A stretch of 64,000 nt of DNA from sequence record PZ452609.1. The stretch is one strand, 5' to 3'. A program made the translations under genes and the position numbers. The notes under the pieces are model-generated. The model saw nothing but the letters and a program-made list of their open reading frames with translations. It ran no database searches and had not been told where the DNA came from. The first letter of the stretch is position 1. Each line of letters opens with the position of its first letter. The stretch comes from a phage. Positions 1 through 10,617 of the stretch are shown one piece after another.

Positions 1-1602
1 ATGGACTTAAATGCTGTTAAGCAGAAGCGAGTGGAAGATGTTAGGAAAGTCCTAGCTGGAGAGTTGGGGCTTTCTGATGAAGTAAAAGAAATTATCAAAT
101 CATTCGGTAAAGACCCCTCTAAATTCCTTCCAACTCAAATTCTGACTTTATTAAGATACACACCAGACCAAGTTCGCCTTATCTTTAAATTAATGACTGA
201 TAAGAACTATGTAGCCCCTCAGCCGGGTTCTCAAGAGGTCTTTTTAAACACTAATGCTGACTTGGTTCTCTATGGTGGTGCTGCTGGTGCTGGTAAGACT
301 GCTGCATTGTTAATGGACTCTTTAAGATTTATTGAAGACCCTAACTATAATGCTGTATATTTCCGTCGAAATACAACACAGTTACAAGGTGGTTTATGGC
401 CTGCTGCAAAGAAACTATTTGGTAAGTTTGGTGGGATTCCTCATGAGCAGAAGATGACTATCACATTCCCTTCTGGGGCGACTATCAAGTTTACCTACCT
501 AGAACTTGAAAAACACGCTGAAGGTCATCAGGGTATTGAATACTCAGCTATTTACTTTGACGAAGGTACACACTTCTCTGCTTCACAGATTTCATACCTA
601 CAAACCCGTCTACGTTCTGGTGCTGAAGGTGATTCATACATGAAGATTTCTATGAACCCAGACAGAGACCACTTTATTTACGATTGGGTAGAGCCATTCT
701 TAGATGAAGAAGGTTATCCAGACCCTGAAAAGTGTGGTCGTATTCGTTGGTATGTAATGAACGATGGTGTGATGGTTTCTGATTGGGAGAGAGACAAGAT
801 TCTTGAAATGTTCCCTCTTGAGATTCCTCAAACATACACCTTTATCTCTGGTACGATTGATGATAACCCAATCCTTGACTTCTTAGAGCCTAAGTACCGT
901 GGTAAGTTGGAAAACAACACCCCTGTAAACGTTGCAAGACTTCGTTTCGGTAACTGGAAGGCTCGTGCAGAAGGTTCAAACTATTGGCAAAGACAATGGT
1001 GTGAAATTGTTGATTCACTCCCAGAAGATGTATTTGATGTTAGAGCATGGGACTTAGCAGCAACTTTACCATCTGAGATTAACCCTAATCCAGACTGGAC
1101 AGCAGGTGTTAAGATGGGTAAATCTAAAAAAGACGGTTGCTATTATATCATTGATGTAGTAAGATTTAGAGATAGACCCTCTGGAGTCGAAACACAAATT
1201 AATTTGACTGCTGAAAGTGACGGTAAGCGAACTGGTATTTTTATCCCTCAAGACCCAGGCGCTGCTGGTAAATCCTACGCAACATCCCTCATCAGGAAAC
1301 TTGCCGAGAAAGGTTATCGTGCAAGAGCCAAACCAACAAATAAAGATAAAGTTACCCGCTTTGCGGGATTTTCTGCTGCTTCTGAAGCTGGACTTGTAAA
1401 AGTCTTGAGAGGTAGTTGGAATGAAGCTTACTTTCAAGAGCTTGAAGGCTTTTGTGGTGATGGTAAAACTAAAGATGACCAAGTGGATGCTACCAGTGAT
1501 GCTTTCAACAGTCTTAACGAAGTTAAATTATTCAAGCCACCATCAATGGGTGCTCACACAGATTTAGTGAGAGGAAACCCATATGAGGGGCTTAGACGTT
1601 GA
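1..1602 (+). CDS. terL: terminase large subunit (possibly 5'-truncated by window edge)
   Basis: Walker A P-loop YGGAAGAGKT near N-terminus; 533 aa; followed immediately by portal-size gene. Confidence 0.85.
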   Translation: MDLNAVKQKRVEDVRKVLAGELGLSDEVKEIIKSFGKDPSKFLPTQILTLLRYTPDQVRLIFKLMTDKNYVAPQPGSQEVFLNTNADLVLYGGAAGAGKTAALLMDSLRFIEDPNYNAVYFRRNTTQLQGGLWPAAKKLFGKFGGIPHEQKMTITFPSGATIKFTYLELEKHAEGHQGIEYSAIYFDEGTHFSASQISYLQTRLRSGAEGDSYMKISMNPDRDHFIYDWVEPFLDEEGYPDPEKCGRIRWYVMNDGVMVSDWERDKILEMFPLEIPQTYTFISGTIDDNPILDFLEPKYRGKLENNTPVNVARLRFGNWKARAEGSNYWQRQWCEIVDSLPEDVFDVRAWDLAATLPSEINPNPDWTAGVKMGKSKKDGCYYIIDVVRFRDRPSGVETQINLTAESDGKRTGIFIPQDPGAAGKSYATSLIRKLAEKGYRARAKPTNKDKVTRFAGFSAASEAGLVKVLRGSWNEAYFQELEGFCGDGKTKDDQVDATSDAFNSLNEVKLFKPPSMGAHTDLVRGNPYEGLRR

Positions 1603-1609
1603 TAGCTAG

Positions 1610-3085
1610 GTGAGAAGAATGGCAGATATTACAGAAACACAAGAAAGCTTACCACCATTTAGAATGGGTGAAGTAGGTTCTTTGGGTCTGAAGGTTAAGA
1701 ATGGAAGAATCTATGAAGAACCTCGTCAGGCACTAAGGTTCCCTGAAAGTATTAAAACTTTCCAATTAATGATGCGTGACCCTGCTGTAGCAGCATCTGT
1801 AAATATTATTAAGATGTTTGTCAGAAAAGTCAACTGGAGATTCGTACCTCCAAAGGGAAAAGAGCAAGACCCTAAAATGCTTGAAAGAGCAGACTTCTTT
1901 AATTCTTTAATGGATGACATGGAGCATGATTGGGCAGATTTTATTAATTCTGTAATGTCATTCTGCACTTATGGGTTCTGTGTTAACGAGAAAGTTTATA
2001 AGAAGCGACAGGGTAAAAAAGGAAAGTACCAGTCAAAATTTGATGATGGTCTAATTGGATGGGCTAAATTGCCAATCAGAAACCAATCAACACTTGATAA
2101 GTGGTATTTTGATGAAGACTTTAGAAAAGTTACAGGTGTTAGGCAGAATCTGAGAAATGTTTCACATATTGCTGGAGCAATTAATCTCGGAGAAAGACCA
2201 CTAACAAGAAAACTTCCACGAGCTAAATTCATGCTGTTCAAGTATGACGATGAATATGGAAATCCAGAAGGTCGTTCACCATTACTTAATGCTTATGTAC
2301 CGTGGAAGTATAAAGTTCAGATTGAAGAGTACGAAGCTGTTGGTGTTTCAAGAGACTTGGTAGGTATGCCAAAGATTGGTTTGCCACCAGATTATCTGGA
2401 TGAAAATGCAGAACCTGAAAAGAAAGCTTTCGTACAATACTGCAAAACTGTTGTTAATGATATGATTGCTAATGACAGAGCAGGTTTAATCTGGCCTAGA
2501 TATATCGACCCAGATACTAAAGAGGATATTTTCGAGTTCTCATTAGTTTCTAGACAGGGTGCTAAAGCATACGATACAGGTTCTATTATTGACAGATATT
2601 CCAAGCAGATTATGATGGCATTTATGTCAGATGTTCTTGCTATGGGTCAGTCAAAATACGGTTCATTCTCTCTTGCAGATTCTAAGACAAGCTTACTAGC
2701 GATGTCGGTAGATATTCTGCTGAAGCAAATTAAGAACGTAATTAACCGTGATTTAGTTGCACAGACTTATGCTCTTAATATGTGGGATGATGAAGAACAT
2801 GTACAAATCACATATGATGATATCGAAACTCCAGACCTTGAAGCAATTGGTTCTTATATTCAGAAGACTGTTGCAGTAGGTGCTTTGGAAGTTGACAAAG
2901 AGCTATCTAACAAGCTTAGAGAGCATATTGGTCTTCCTCCTGCTGATGAGTCTCAGCCAGTATCTGAAAAGCTTTCTCCAAATAGCCAAAGCCGCTCAGG
3001 AGATGGTTATAAGACCGCTGGAGAAGGTACTGCAAAGACACCTTCAGCGAAAGACCCAAGCACAGCAAATAAGGCAAATAAATAA
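1610..3085 (+). CDS. portal protein (putative); ATG at 1619 is a likelier start than GTG 1610
   Basis: 491 aa ORF directly downstream of terminase, upstream of protease and capsid; RBS aggtgag before ATG 1619. Confidence 0.55.
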   Translation: MRRMADITETQESLPPFRMGEVGSLGLKVKNGRIYEEPRQALRFPESIKTFQLMMRDPAVAASVNIIKMFVRKVNWRFVPPKGKEQDPKMLERADFFNSLMDDMEHDWADFINSVMSFCTYGFCVNEKVYKKRQGKKGKYQSKFDDGLIGWAKLPIRNQSTLDKWYFDEDFRKVTGVRQNLRNVSHIAGAINLGERPLTRKLPRAKFMLFKYDDEYGNPEGRSPLLNAYVPWKYKVQIEEYEAVGVSRDLVGMPKIGLPPDYLDENAEPEKKAFVQYCKTVVNDMIANDRAGLIWPRYIDPDTKEDIFEFSLVSRQGAKAYDTGSIIDRYSKQIMMAFMSDVLAMGQSKYGSFSLADSKTSLLAMSVDILLKQIKNVINRDLVAQTYALNMWDDEEHVQITYDDIETPDLEAIGSYIQKTVAVGALEVDKELSNKLREHIGLPPADESQPVSEKLSPNSQSRSGDGYKTAGEGTAKTPSAKDPSTANKANK

Positions 3086-3585
3086 TGGCTGAAGTTATCT
3101 CTATTTCAAATGCTACACGAGTGCATTCGTATAGAGGTGTTCTTATCGTTACTGACAAATTATCTGTAGAGGCTGGCTCAAGGGTCAGCCTTTCAGGTTA
3201 TGTAAGTGATGGTGGAACCTCTGACGTTTTCACTATTTGTAGGTTACTTGATGCACCAATGAGTGGAAAACCGTTTATTTTAGTGAATTGTAGTGAAATT
3301 GTTAAAATTCCATTTGACAGTTCATGCCTTTTGGGTGTAAAGTTATATAACTGCGAGAATAAACGTATCAATGTTAATAGCATTGAAGCCGCTTTCATTA
3401 CCCTCGATACTGCATTTCAATCTCCAATGACAGTTAATAAAGAAACAAACAGACTTGAATACATTTTTTCACAAAATGATTACAAAGTACTTGTCAAAGG
3501 TAAAGTATATGATATGATTGTAAATGTGGTAGATGAATCTGGTAACCATTCAACAGTCCTTAAACAAAAAGTAAGGTTTAATTAA
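3085..3585 (+). CDS. hypothetical head-module protein
   Basis: 166 aa ORF tightly packed (ATGA overlap) between portal and protease. Confidence 0.4.
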   Translation: MAEVISISNATRVHSYRGVLIVTDKLSVEAGSRVSLSGYVSDGGTSDVFTICRLLDAPMSGKPFILVNCSEIVKIPFDSSCLLGVKLYNCENKRINVNSIEAAFITLDTAFQSPMTVNKETNRLEYIFSQNDYKVLVKGKVYDMIVNVVDESGNHSTVLKQKVRFN

Positions 3586-3917
3586 TGGGAACATTAACTA
3601 TTGATGGTAAGAATAAAATCCTCGCCACGCTAACCCCAACGACTATTATTTTACACAATGTAGACCCAACGGCAGACCCTACAGCAAATAAGGTTACTCA
3701 GCCAGTGGCTATTTATTTTTCTGAACCGGATAACGGCTTAATTGCCTCAGAAGACACAGTTAATATTACTGTTCCAGCTTCTGCAACGGTCTCACACTAT
3801 AGCTTGTGGGATGCTAACGATAAATGCGTGGCAACTGGTGCTCTTAGCAAACCTCAATTCTTTGCTGAAGAAGGTATTTATGTTATCTCTTCAGTCTCTG
3901 TAGATTTAAACAAATAG
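3585..3917 (+). CDS. hypothetical head-module protein
   Basis: 110 aa ORF, start overlaps previous stop. Confidence 0.4.
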   Translation: MGTLTIDGKNKILATLTPTTIILHNVDPTADPTANKVTQPVAIYFSEPDNGLIASEDTVNITVPASATVSHYSLWDANDKCVATGALSKPQFFAEEGIYVISSVSVDLNK

Positions 3918-3928
3918 GGTGAGTAAAA

Positions 3929-5275
3929 ATGAGTTCGAATATCTTCAGACTTGCTGATAGATTATTCAACCAACCTTTACTAGCCACTGAATCATTAGCT
4001 CACTCAGCAGCAACTTATGTGAATAACAGATTGCTGGGTGATGTCCAAGCAGCAGTAAACTTTGATAAACCCAAAGGTGACGCAAGAAGTCTTTTAAAAG
4101 TAAAAGATGACATTGCTATTATCCCTATTATGGGTGGTTTAACCCATCGTATGACATTCATTGATGCAATGTGTACAGGTGGATTAAGCTCTTATGAAGG
4201 TTTGCGTAGAGGCTTTGACGAAGCTTTAGCAGATGAGTCAATTAAGACTATCGTTCTGCACATTGATTCTGGTGGTGGTGAAGCTTCAGGTTGCTTTGAA
4301 TTAGCACGTCACATTATGGCTTCAAGAGGCCAAAAGAAAATTATTGCTTATGTAGATGAGTTCGCTTGTTCCGCTGCATACGCTCTTGCATCTTCTGCTG
4401 AAGAAATTATTGCATCACCAGATGCAGATGTTGGTTCTATTGGTGTAATCATGGTTCATCAGGAATTAACTAAGGCATTTGAAAAGAATGGCGTAACAAT
4501 TAACGTCATCAAAGCTGGTGAGTTTAAAGGTATGGGTTCACCATTCCAAGCACTCTCAGAAGAAAGCAAAGAAAGACTTCAAAAGAGAATTAATGATACC
4601 TACGCAACCTTTACAGGTTTTGTAGCCGAATCTCGTAATCTCTCTGAAGAAGCTGTAAAGAATACTGAGGCGAATGTTTATTCTGCTCAGGAAGCTCTTG
4701 AACTTGGTTTAATTAACTCAATCATGTCTCAAGATGATTTCTTAAATTACTTACAAGGTTCTGAAGAGGCTCCTGTAAGTTTAAACGTTAACAATTCAGG
4801 TGAAGAAATGACTGAACAAGAAAAGCAAGAACTAGAGGCTTTGCGTCTTCAGGTTGCTCAAATGAAAGCCAAAGAACAGGAAGCTGCTTTGTCAGATTTG
4901 ACTAATAAGATTTCTGCTTCTGCTGAAGCTTTTGGATTTGATGCAAAAGAAGCTGCAACGACTATTTTAGGTGCTGGTCTTGATAACCCTCTGAGTGTTC
5001 TGTTTATGAATGCTATGGAAGGTGCTAACCAGAAACTTAATGAAACTATCGCGTCCCATGCTTCTGCAATGGAAGAAAAAGAATCAGAAATTACCAAGCT
5101 GAAAGAAACTGCTGGTGCTGTTCTTGAGCATTCTAATGCTATGGAAGAAATGGGTAATAACGGTGAAGCTGATTTGGTTGAAGAAGAAAAAGAACCAGCT
5201 AAGAATGCTTCCGAAGACACCGCTGAACAACGCAAACTGGCTCTCCAGAATGCTCTAAAATCTCTTATCAAATAA
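3929..5275 (+). CDS. prohead protease (S49/ClpP-type serine peptidase) with C-terminal coiled-coil scaffold-like tail
   Basis: IVLHIDSGGGEASG ... FACSAAYALASSAEEI ... SIGVIMVH motifs typical of SppA/S49; acidic Glu/Ala-rich coiled coil at C-terminus. Confidence 0.7.
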   Translation: MSSNIFRLADRLFNQPLLATESLAHSAATYVNNRLLGDVQAAVNFDKPKGDARSLLKVKDDIAIIPIMGGLTHRMTFIDAMCTGGLSSYEGLRRGFDEALADESIKTIVLHIDSGGGEASGCFELARHIMASRGQKKIIAYVDEFACSAAYALASSAEEIIASPDADVGSIGVIMVHQELTKAFEKNGVTINVIKAGEFKGMGSPFQALSEESKERLQKRINDTYATFTGFVAESRNLSEEAVKNTEANVYSAQEALELGLINSIMSQDDFLNYLQGSEEAPVSLNVNNSGEEMTEQEKQELEALRLQVAQMKAKEQEAALSDLTNKISASAEAFGFDAKEAATTILGAGLDNPLSVLFMNAMEGANQKLNETIASHASAMEEKESEITKLKETAGAVLEHSNAMEEMGNNGEADLVEEEKEPAKNASEDTAEQRKLALQNALKSLIK

Positions 5276-5286
5276 GGAACACAATA

Positions 5287-5664
5287 ATGGCATATCAAGG
5301 TTTTACTAAGTTAGGTAACAGAGAACCTCTGAATGATATCATTCTTTGGGAACAGATTACCCCAACAGGCCACTCTCGTAAAGAGTACACTCCAGTTGCT
5401 TCAACAGAATACCGTGTAGGTGAAGTTCTGAAAGCAGATGGTACTAAGGTACAAGCTAAAGAAGAAGCCCAAGCAGACTCTGTATGTATCGTTAATTTCT
5501 ACGCAGACCTGCAACTGTCTTATCATGGTCAGTTGAAAGTGGTAGGTATCCACCGTGATGCAGAACTGAAAGACCTGCTTACTCTTGAAGCGAACGTTGA
5601 TGCTGCTGCCGTCAAGACAGCTCTGGCTGCTAAAGGTATTGATTTCGTACCAACTGGCCTGTAA
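5287..5664 (+). CDS. small head protein (possible decoration protein)
   Basis: 125 aa ORF between protease and capsid gene. Confidence 0.35.
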   Translation: MAYQGFTKLGNREPLNDIILWEQITPTGHSRKEYTPVASTEYRVGEVLKADGTKVQAKEEAQADSVCIVNFYADLQLSYHGQLKVVGIHRDAELKDLLTLEANVDAAAVKTALAAKGIDFVPTGL

Positions 5665-5697
5665 TAACAATAATAAGACATTCTGGAGAATTTTACA

Positions 5698-6804
5698 ATG
5701 TTGACTAATTCTGAAAAAAGCAGATTTTTCCTTGCTGACCTTACTGGTGAAGTCCAGTCTATCCCAAATACTTATGGGTATATTTCCAACTTAGGTCTGT
5801 TCCGTTCAGCACCAATCACCCAAACTACTTTCCTTATGGACTTGACTGATTGGGATGTTAGCTTGCTTGATGCGGTAGACCGCGATAGCCGTAAAGCAGA
5901 GACTAGCGCACCTGAGCGTGTTCGTCAAATCAGCTTCCCAATGATGTACTTCAAAGAAGTTGAAAGCATTACTCCTGATGAGATTCAGGGTGTACGTCAG
6001 CCAGGAACTGCAAACGAACTGACTACTGAAGCTGTAGTACGTGCTAAGAAGCTGATGAAGATTCGTACCAAGTTCGATATTACTCGTGAGTTCCTGTTTA
6101 TGCAAGCTCTGAAGGGTAAAGTTGTTGATGCTCGTGGTACTCTGTATGCTGACCTGTACAAGCAGTTCGACGTTGAGAAGAAGACTGTTTACTTCGACCT
6201 TGACAACCCTAATGCTGACATTGACGCTGCTATTGAAGAACTGCGTATGCACATGGAAGACGAAGCTAAGACTGGCACTGTAATCAACGGTGAAGAAATT
6301 CACGTAGTTGTTGACCGCTTATTCTTCAGCAAACTGGTTAAACACCCTAAGATTCGTGACGCTTATCTTGCACAGCAGACTCCGCTGGCTTGGCAACAGA
6401 TTACTGGTTCTCTGAGAACTGGTGGTACTGACGGCGTTCAGGCTCACATGAACACTTTCTACTACGGTGGTGTTAAGTTTGTCCAGTACAACGGTAAGTT
6501 CAAAGACAAGCGTGGTAAGGTTCACACTCTGGTGAGCATTGATAGTGTAGCAGCAACTGTTGGTGTAGGTCATGCTTTCCCTAACGTTTCTATGCTGGGT
6601 GAAGCTAACAACATCTTCGAAGTGGCATATGGTCCATGCCCTAAGATGGGTTATGCAAATACACTTGGTCAGGAACTGTACGTATTCGAATACGAAAAAG
6701 ACCGTGACGAAGGTATTGACTTTGAAGCTCACTCTTACATGCTGCCATACTGCACACGTCCTCAGTTGCTGGTAGACGTTCGTTCTGACGCTAAACCAGA
6801 CTAA
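5698..6804 (+). CDS. major capsid protein (putative)
   Basis: 368 aa, strong RBS, position after prohead protease; size typical of HK97-fold capsid. Confidence 0.6.
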   Translation: MLTNSEKSRFFLADLTGEVQSIPNTYGYISNLGLFRSAPITQTTFLMDLTDWDVSLLDAVDRDSRKAETSAPERVRQISFPMMYFKEVESITPDEIQGVRQPGTANELTTEAVVRAKKLMKIRTKFDITREFLFMQALKGKVVDARGTLYADLYKQFDVEKKTVYFDLDNPNADIDAAIEELRMHMEDEAKTGTVINGEEIHVVVDRLFFSKLVKHPKIRDAYLAQQTPLAWQQITGSLRTGGTDGVQAHMNTFYYGGVKFVQYNGKFKDKRGKVHTLVSIDSVAATVGVGHAFPNVSMLGEANNIFEVAYGPCPKMGYANTLGQELYVFEYEKDRDEGIDFEAHSYMLPYCTRPQLLVDVRSDAKPD

Positions 6805-6825
6805 TATTCTTAAGGAGGGTTATGA

Positions 6826-7275
6826 ATGTGCTATACAGGCGACCCAGCCAATAACCCTCTTGATAGAGTAAGAATCCTCTGCACAGACACCAATAATGAT
6901 GAAATTCTTATTGAGCAGTCTGTGCTAGAGTGGTTCTATCTAGAATCTGGAAAGGATGAAAAGAAAGCAGCCATCAAAGCTCTTAAATATTTACTCTTTC
7001 AAGTAGCCAAGATGGGAGATGAGAAGGTTGGTGGTGTTTATTTACGTAACTCTTCCAGATTCAAATCTCTGAAAGCTGTTTATGACGACCTTGTTAAAAG
7101 CTCTGTTTCAGGACTACCCTATGCAGGTGGTATTAATCAGTGCGACATTGATATGCGTCGTCAAAATCCTTGCTCTGTCAAGAAATACACAGAATATGGT
7201 GATGCTGCCAGATACGAAGGCAGAGATTACTGCAACCGTGTTAATGGCGTATTTATTATCGAGCGAGATGAATAA
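6826..7275 (+). CDS. head-tail joining protein (putative)
   Basis: position between capsid and sheath genes. Confidence 0.35.
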   Translation: MCYTGDPANNPLDRVRILCTDTNNDEILIEQSVLEWFYLESGKDEKKAAIKALKYLLFQVAKMGDEKVGGVYLRNSSRFKSLKAVYDDLVKSSVSGLPYAGGINQCDIDMRRQNPCSVKKYTEYGDAARYEGRDYCNRVNGVFIIERDE

Positions 7276-7757
7276 TGGTTAAAAGGGTTATTCACCCCGC
7301 TAGAGCAAAATTAGTCGGGGCTATGAAGAACTTGCAAACGGCTAATGCTCAAGTTGGGTATTTTCAAGAACAAGGTCAACATAGCTCTGGTTTTTCTTAT
7401 CCTGCTTTAATGTATTTACAAGAAGTTATTGGGGTTCCTTCAGCTTCTGGTAAAGTATATCGTAGGTTGTTTGAAATCACTATGATGCTAAACAGACAGA
7501 CCTTGTTAGAGCAGACTAAGAAGAATCTCTATAAGCAACTTAGCAGTCTCAACACAGACCCTTCAAATACTTTAGAAGCATTTGCAAAGAATGCTCAGAA
7601 GGCAATTAAAAGGGGTTTTGGTAATTCTGCTATCCTCCCTCCTAACGCACCTTCCACAGTCAAGAAAAAAGGCTTTAACGCACCTCTTGTTGAGACAGGT
7701 GACTTAAGAGATAACCTTGCTTATAAAATTTCTACTAAGAAGGGTATTAAGAAATGA
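7275..7757 (+). CDS. head-tail joining protein (putative)
   Basis: position; overlapping start/stop. Confidence 0.35.
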   Translation: MVKRVIHPARAKLVGAMKNLQTANAQVGYFQEQGQHSSGFSYPALMYLQEVIGVPSASGKVYRRLFEITMMLNRQTLLEQTKKNLYKQLSSLNTDPSNTLEAFAKNAQKAIKRGFGNSAILPPNAPSTVKKKGFNAPLVETGDLRDNLAYKISTKKGIKK

Positions 7758-8155
7758 GACTCTTAAACAGACACAGCTTTGTAGTAAAGCGTAAAGTCTC
7801 TGAAGACGGTTATTACAATGATGATGGTGATTGGGTAGCTTCACAAGATATTGTAGAGGTTAACTGCAAAGGTAATATCCAGCCATATATCAAAGGTTCT
7901 GTAAAGAACGGTACACAGATTGCTTTACCGGAAGGTATCAGGCTTACCGATACAAGAATCCTGTATACTACATATAAACTTAGAACTTCAGATGATGTAG
8001 AGTGGAATGAGTCTGACATTGTTATGATTGATGGTCATGAGTATGAAGTATTTATGACTATGGATTGGTCACAGCAATTAGCCCATACGTCCCATTATGA
8101 ATATATCATTATTAGAAGGGATAAAATGAATGCAGTTAGAAACAGCAGAACTTGA
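7754..8155 (+). CDS. head-tail joining protein (putative)
   Basis: position; overlapping start/stop. Confidence 0.35.
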   Translation: MRLLNRHSFVVKRKVSEDGYYNDDGDWVASQDIVEVNCKGNIQPYIKGSVKNGTQIALPEGIRLTDTRILYTTYKLRTSDDVEWNESDIVMIDGHEYEVFMTMDWSQQLAHTSHYEYIIIRRDKMNAVRNSRT

Positions 8156-8729
8156 AAAAGGTCTAGTTAGAACCTTAGTGGATGTTATTGGTCACAGACT
8201 AGCTCGTGATAAAAATAATAGACCAAATGTAATTAGAGCTTACCCTTCTGATAACTCAAATGACAAAGGTTTAAAACCTGACCAGCCATTTATTACCGTA
8301 TATTGTCAAGATGCTGCAACACCTTATGGTTGGGTTCTTGATAAGTTTGTTGAGGATGATGTAGTTTGCTACAGAATTGCTTTTCAGATTCCAGTATTAA
8401 TTACGGTAAATGGTAAAGGTGCTCACAGTATTATGCTTGAGCTTAAACAACGATTAGAGATGAGTTCAGTCAGAGATTTAATTCTTGAAGAGACAGGAGC
8501 TACAGTTTTAGACACTGGAGCTATCCCGAATGACTATACCTATCTCAATACAGATTTCGAAAATTCTGCGCCTCTTGTTGTAACTCTTGTAAAAAATTCA
8601 GTCCTGAAAGATGAACGTGGGGGAATTATTGAACGTGTCATTGTTGATGGTGAATTAGTTTACGAAGAAGGACAAGAGCCACCAGAATATACTATCCATC
8701 TAGATGTAGACTCCAAAGGGGTAAAATAA
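8130..8729 (+). CDS. tail completion/neck protein (putative)
   Basis: position immediately upstream of sheath. Confidence 0.35.
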   Translation: MQLETAELEKGLVRTLVDVIGHRLARDKNNRPNVIRAYPSDNSNDKGLKPDQPFITVYCQDAATPYGWVLDKFVEDDVVCYRIAFQIPVLITVNGKGAHSIMLELKQRLEMSSVRDLILEETGATVLDTGAIPNDYTYLNTDFENSAPLVVTLVKNSVLKDERGGIIERVIVDGELVYEEGQEPPEYTIHLDVDSKGVK

Positions 8730-10082
8730 ATGTGGAATCCAATTGTTAATGTAGATATTACATTGAACACCGCAGGAACTACAAGAGAAGGTTTTGGGCT
8801 ACCACTATTTTTAGCTTCAACAGATAACTTTGAAGAAAGAGTCCGTGGTTACACTTCCTTAACTGAAGTTGCTGAAGATTTCGATGAAAACTCTGCTGCA
8901 TATAAGGCTGCTAAACAACTTTGGAGTCAGACTCCTAAAGTAACTCAGCTTTATATTGGTAGACGTGCTATGCAGTACACTGTATCAATTCCTGATGAGG
9001 TTACTGAGAGCACCGACTATTCTTTAACTGTAGCTGTGAGCGGTGGAGTTTCTCAGCCATTCCAGTACACTTCACAGTCAGAAGATACTGCTGAGAAGGT
9101 GCTACAGCAGCTTAAAACTCAGATTGAAGCAGAGCCTTCTGTAAAAGACCTTGTTACCGTCAATGTAACTGGTGCTGGTGGTTCAGCAACAATGGTAATC
9201 ACCAAAGCGGGTGACAATGACTTCGTGAAGGTTACCACTACAGCACAAACAGTGTCAATTGCAAGTACAACTGCTGACACAGCATCGACTGCTCTGGCAG
9301 CTATTGAGGCTTATTCAACTGACTGGTATTTCATTGCAGCAGAAGATAGAACTCAACAGTTTGTCTTAGCAATGGCTTCTGAGATTCAAGCTCGTAAGAA
9401 GATTTTCTTTACAGCTAACTCTGATGTAACAGCCCTACAAGGTACAGAATTAGCCAGTGCAAATGATGTTCCAGCACAGCTTGCTAAGAGTCAGTACACT
9501 CGTACCGTTTGCTTGTGGCATCACACAGCAGCAGAAGACTATCCAGAAATGGCATACATTGCTTATGGCGCTCCGTATGATGCAGGTTCAATTGCTTGGG
9601 GTAACGTACAGTTAACTGGCGTAGCTGCTTCTCTACAGCCATCTAATCAGAGACCTCTGACAAGTATTCAGAAGTCAGCTTTAGATGCACGTCACTGTAA
9701 CTTTATTGACCTTGATGGTGGTGTTCCAGTGGTTCGTAGAGGGATTACTTCTGGTGGGGAATGGATTGATATCATCCGTGGTGTTGACTGGTTAGAATCA
9801 GACCTGAAAACTTCTCTGAGAGACTTGCTAATTAACCAGAAGGGTGGTAAGATTACTTATGATGATACTGGTATTACCCGTATTCGTCAAGTCATTGAAA
9901 CCTCTCTGCAAAGAGCAGTCAACAGAAACTTCCTGTCATCTTACACAGTTAATGTTCCTAAAGCCTCTCAAGTTGCTTTGGCAGACAAGAAAGCTCGTAT
10001 CCTGAAAGACGTTACCTTCTCAGGTATCTTAGCAGGGGCTATCTTGGATGTTGACTTGAAAGGTACAGTGGCTTACGAATAA
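8730..10082 (+). CDS. tail sheath protein (putative)
   Basis: 450 aa ORF followed by ~150 aa tube-size ORF, then chaperone pair and tape measure: canonical myovirus order. Confidence 0.6.
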   Translation: MWNPIVNVDITLNTAGTTREGFGLPLFLASTDNFEERVRGYTSLTEVAEDFDENSAAYKAAKQLWSQTPKVTQLYIGRRAMQYTVSIPDEVTESTDYSLTVAVSGGVSQPFQYTSQSEDTAEKVLQQLKTQIEAEPSVKDLVTVNVTGAGGSATMVITKAGDNDFVKVTTTAQTVSIASTTADTASTALAAIEAYSTDWYFIAAEDRTQQFVLAMASEIQARKKIFFTANSDVTALQGTELASANDVPAQLAKSQYTRTVCLWHHTAAEDYPEMAYIAYGAPYDAGSIAWGNVQLTGVAASLQPSNQRPLTSIQKSALDARHCNFIDLDGGVPVVRRGITSGGEWIDIIRGVDWLESDLKTSLRDLLINQKGGKITYDDTGITRIRQVIETSLQRAVNRNFLSSYTVNVPKASQVALADKKARILKDVTFSGILAGAILDVDLKGTVAYE

Positions 10083-10097
10083 TAGAGGTAAATTGGA

Positions 10098-10544
10098 ATG
10101 GCTATGTATCAGCAATATTCCCCTAAAGACGTTGTGTGTAGCTGGAATGGTATTGCCATTGAAGGCTTTGCCCCAGACTCATTCTTACGTCTACAGAGAA
10201 CATCACCACTTGTGACACCAGTTGTAGGTGCAGGTGGTCAAGTTGCTCTGACAAGAAATGCAGACAAGACAGGTACTATTGAGATTGAGCTAATGCAGAC
10301 TTCTCTCTCTAACCAGATGCTTTCTGCAATTCAAGCTAAACAAGACAATATGGAACTTGAAGAAGATATCTCTTCTAACTTCGTAATCTACGACCCATCA
10401 GGCTCTGTTCTGGCAACTGGTATTAATGCTTGGTTGCAGGAATTACCACAGATTGAACTTGGTCGTGACCAGAACTCTAAAACTTGGATTTTTGGTTGTG
10501 AGAAGCTAGACTACACTTCTACAATTCCAGCGTCAAGTGTTTAA
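10098..10544 (+). CDS. tail tube protein (putative)
   Basis: 148 aa, follows sheath, followed by strong terminator. Confidence 0.55.
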   Translation: MAMYQQYSPKDVVCSWNGIAIEGFAPDSFLRLQRTSPLVTPVVGAGGQVALTRNADKTGTIEIELMQTSLSNQMLSAIQAKQDNMELEEDISSNFVIYDPSGSVLATGINAWLQELPQIELGRDQNSKTWIFGCEKLDYTSTIPASSV

Positions 10545-10554
10545 TAAATCCTAT

Positions 10555-10588
10555 AAGGGGGAGACTTTAAAAGGTCTTCCCCTTTTTT
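10555..10588 (+). terminator. intrinsic terminator after sheath/tube genes
   Basis: gggggagac-ttta-aaaggtcttcccc stem-loop followed by TTTTTT. Confidence 0.6.
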
Positions 10589-10617
10589 GTTTCTTTTAAA
10601 AGTATTAAGGAATCACA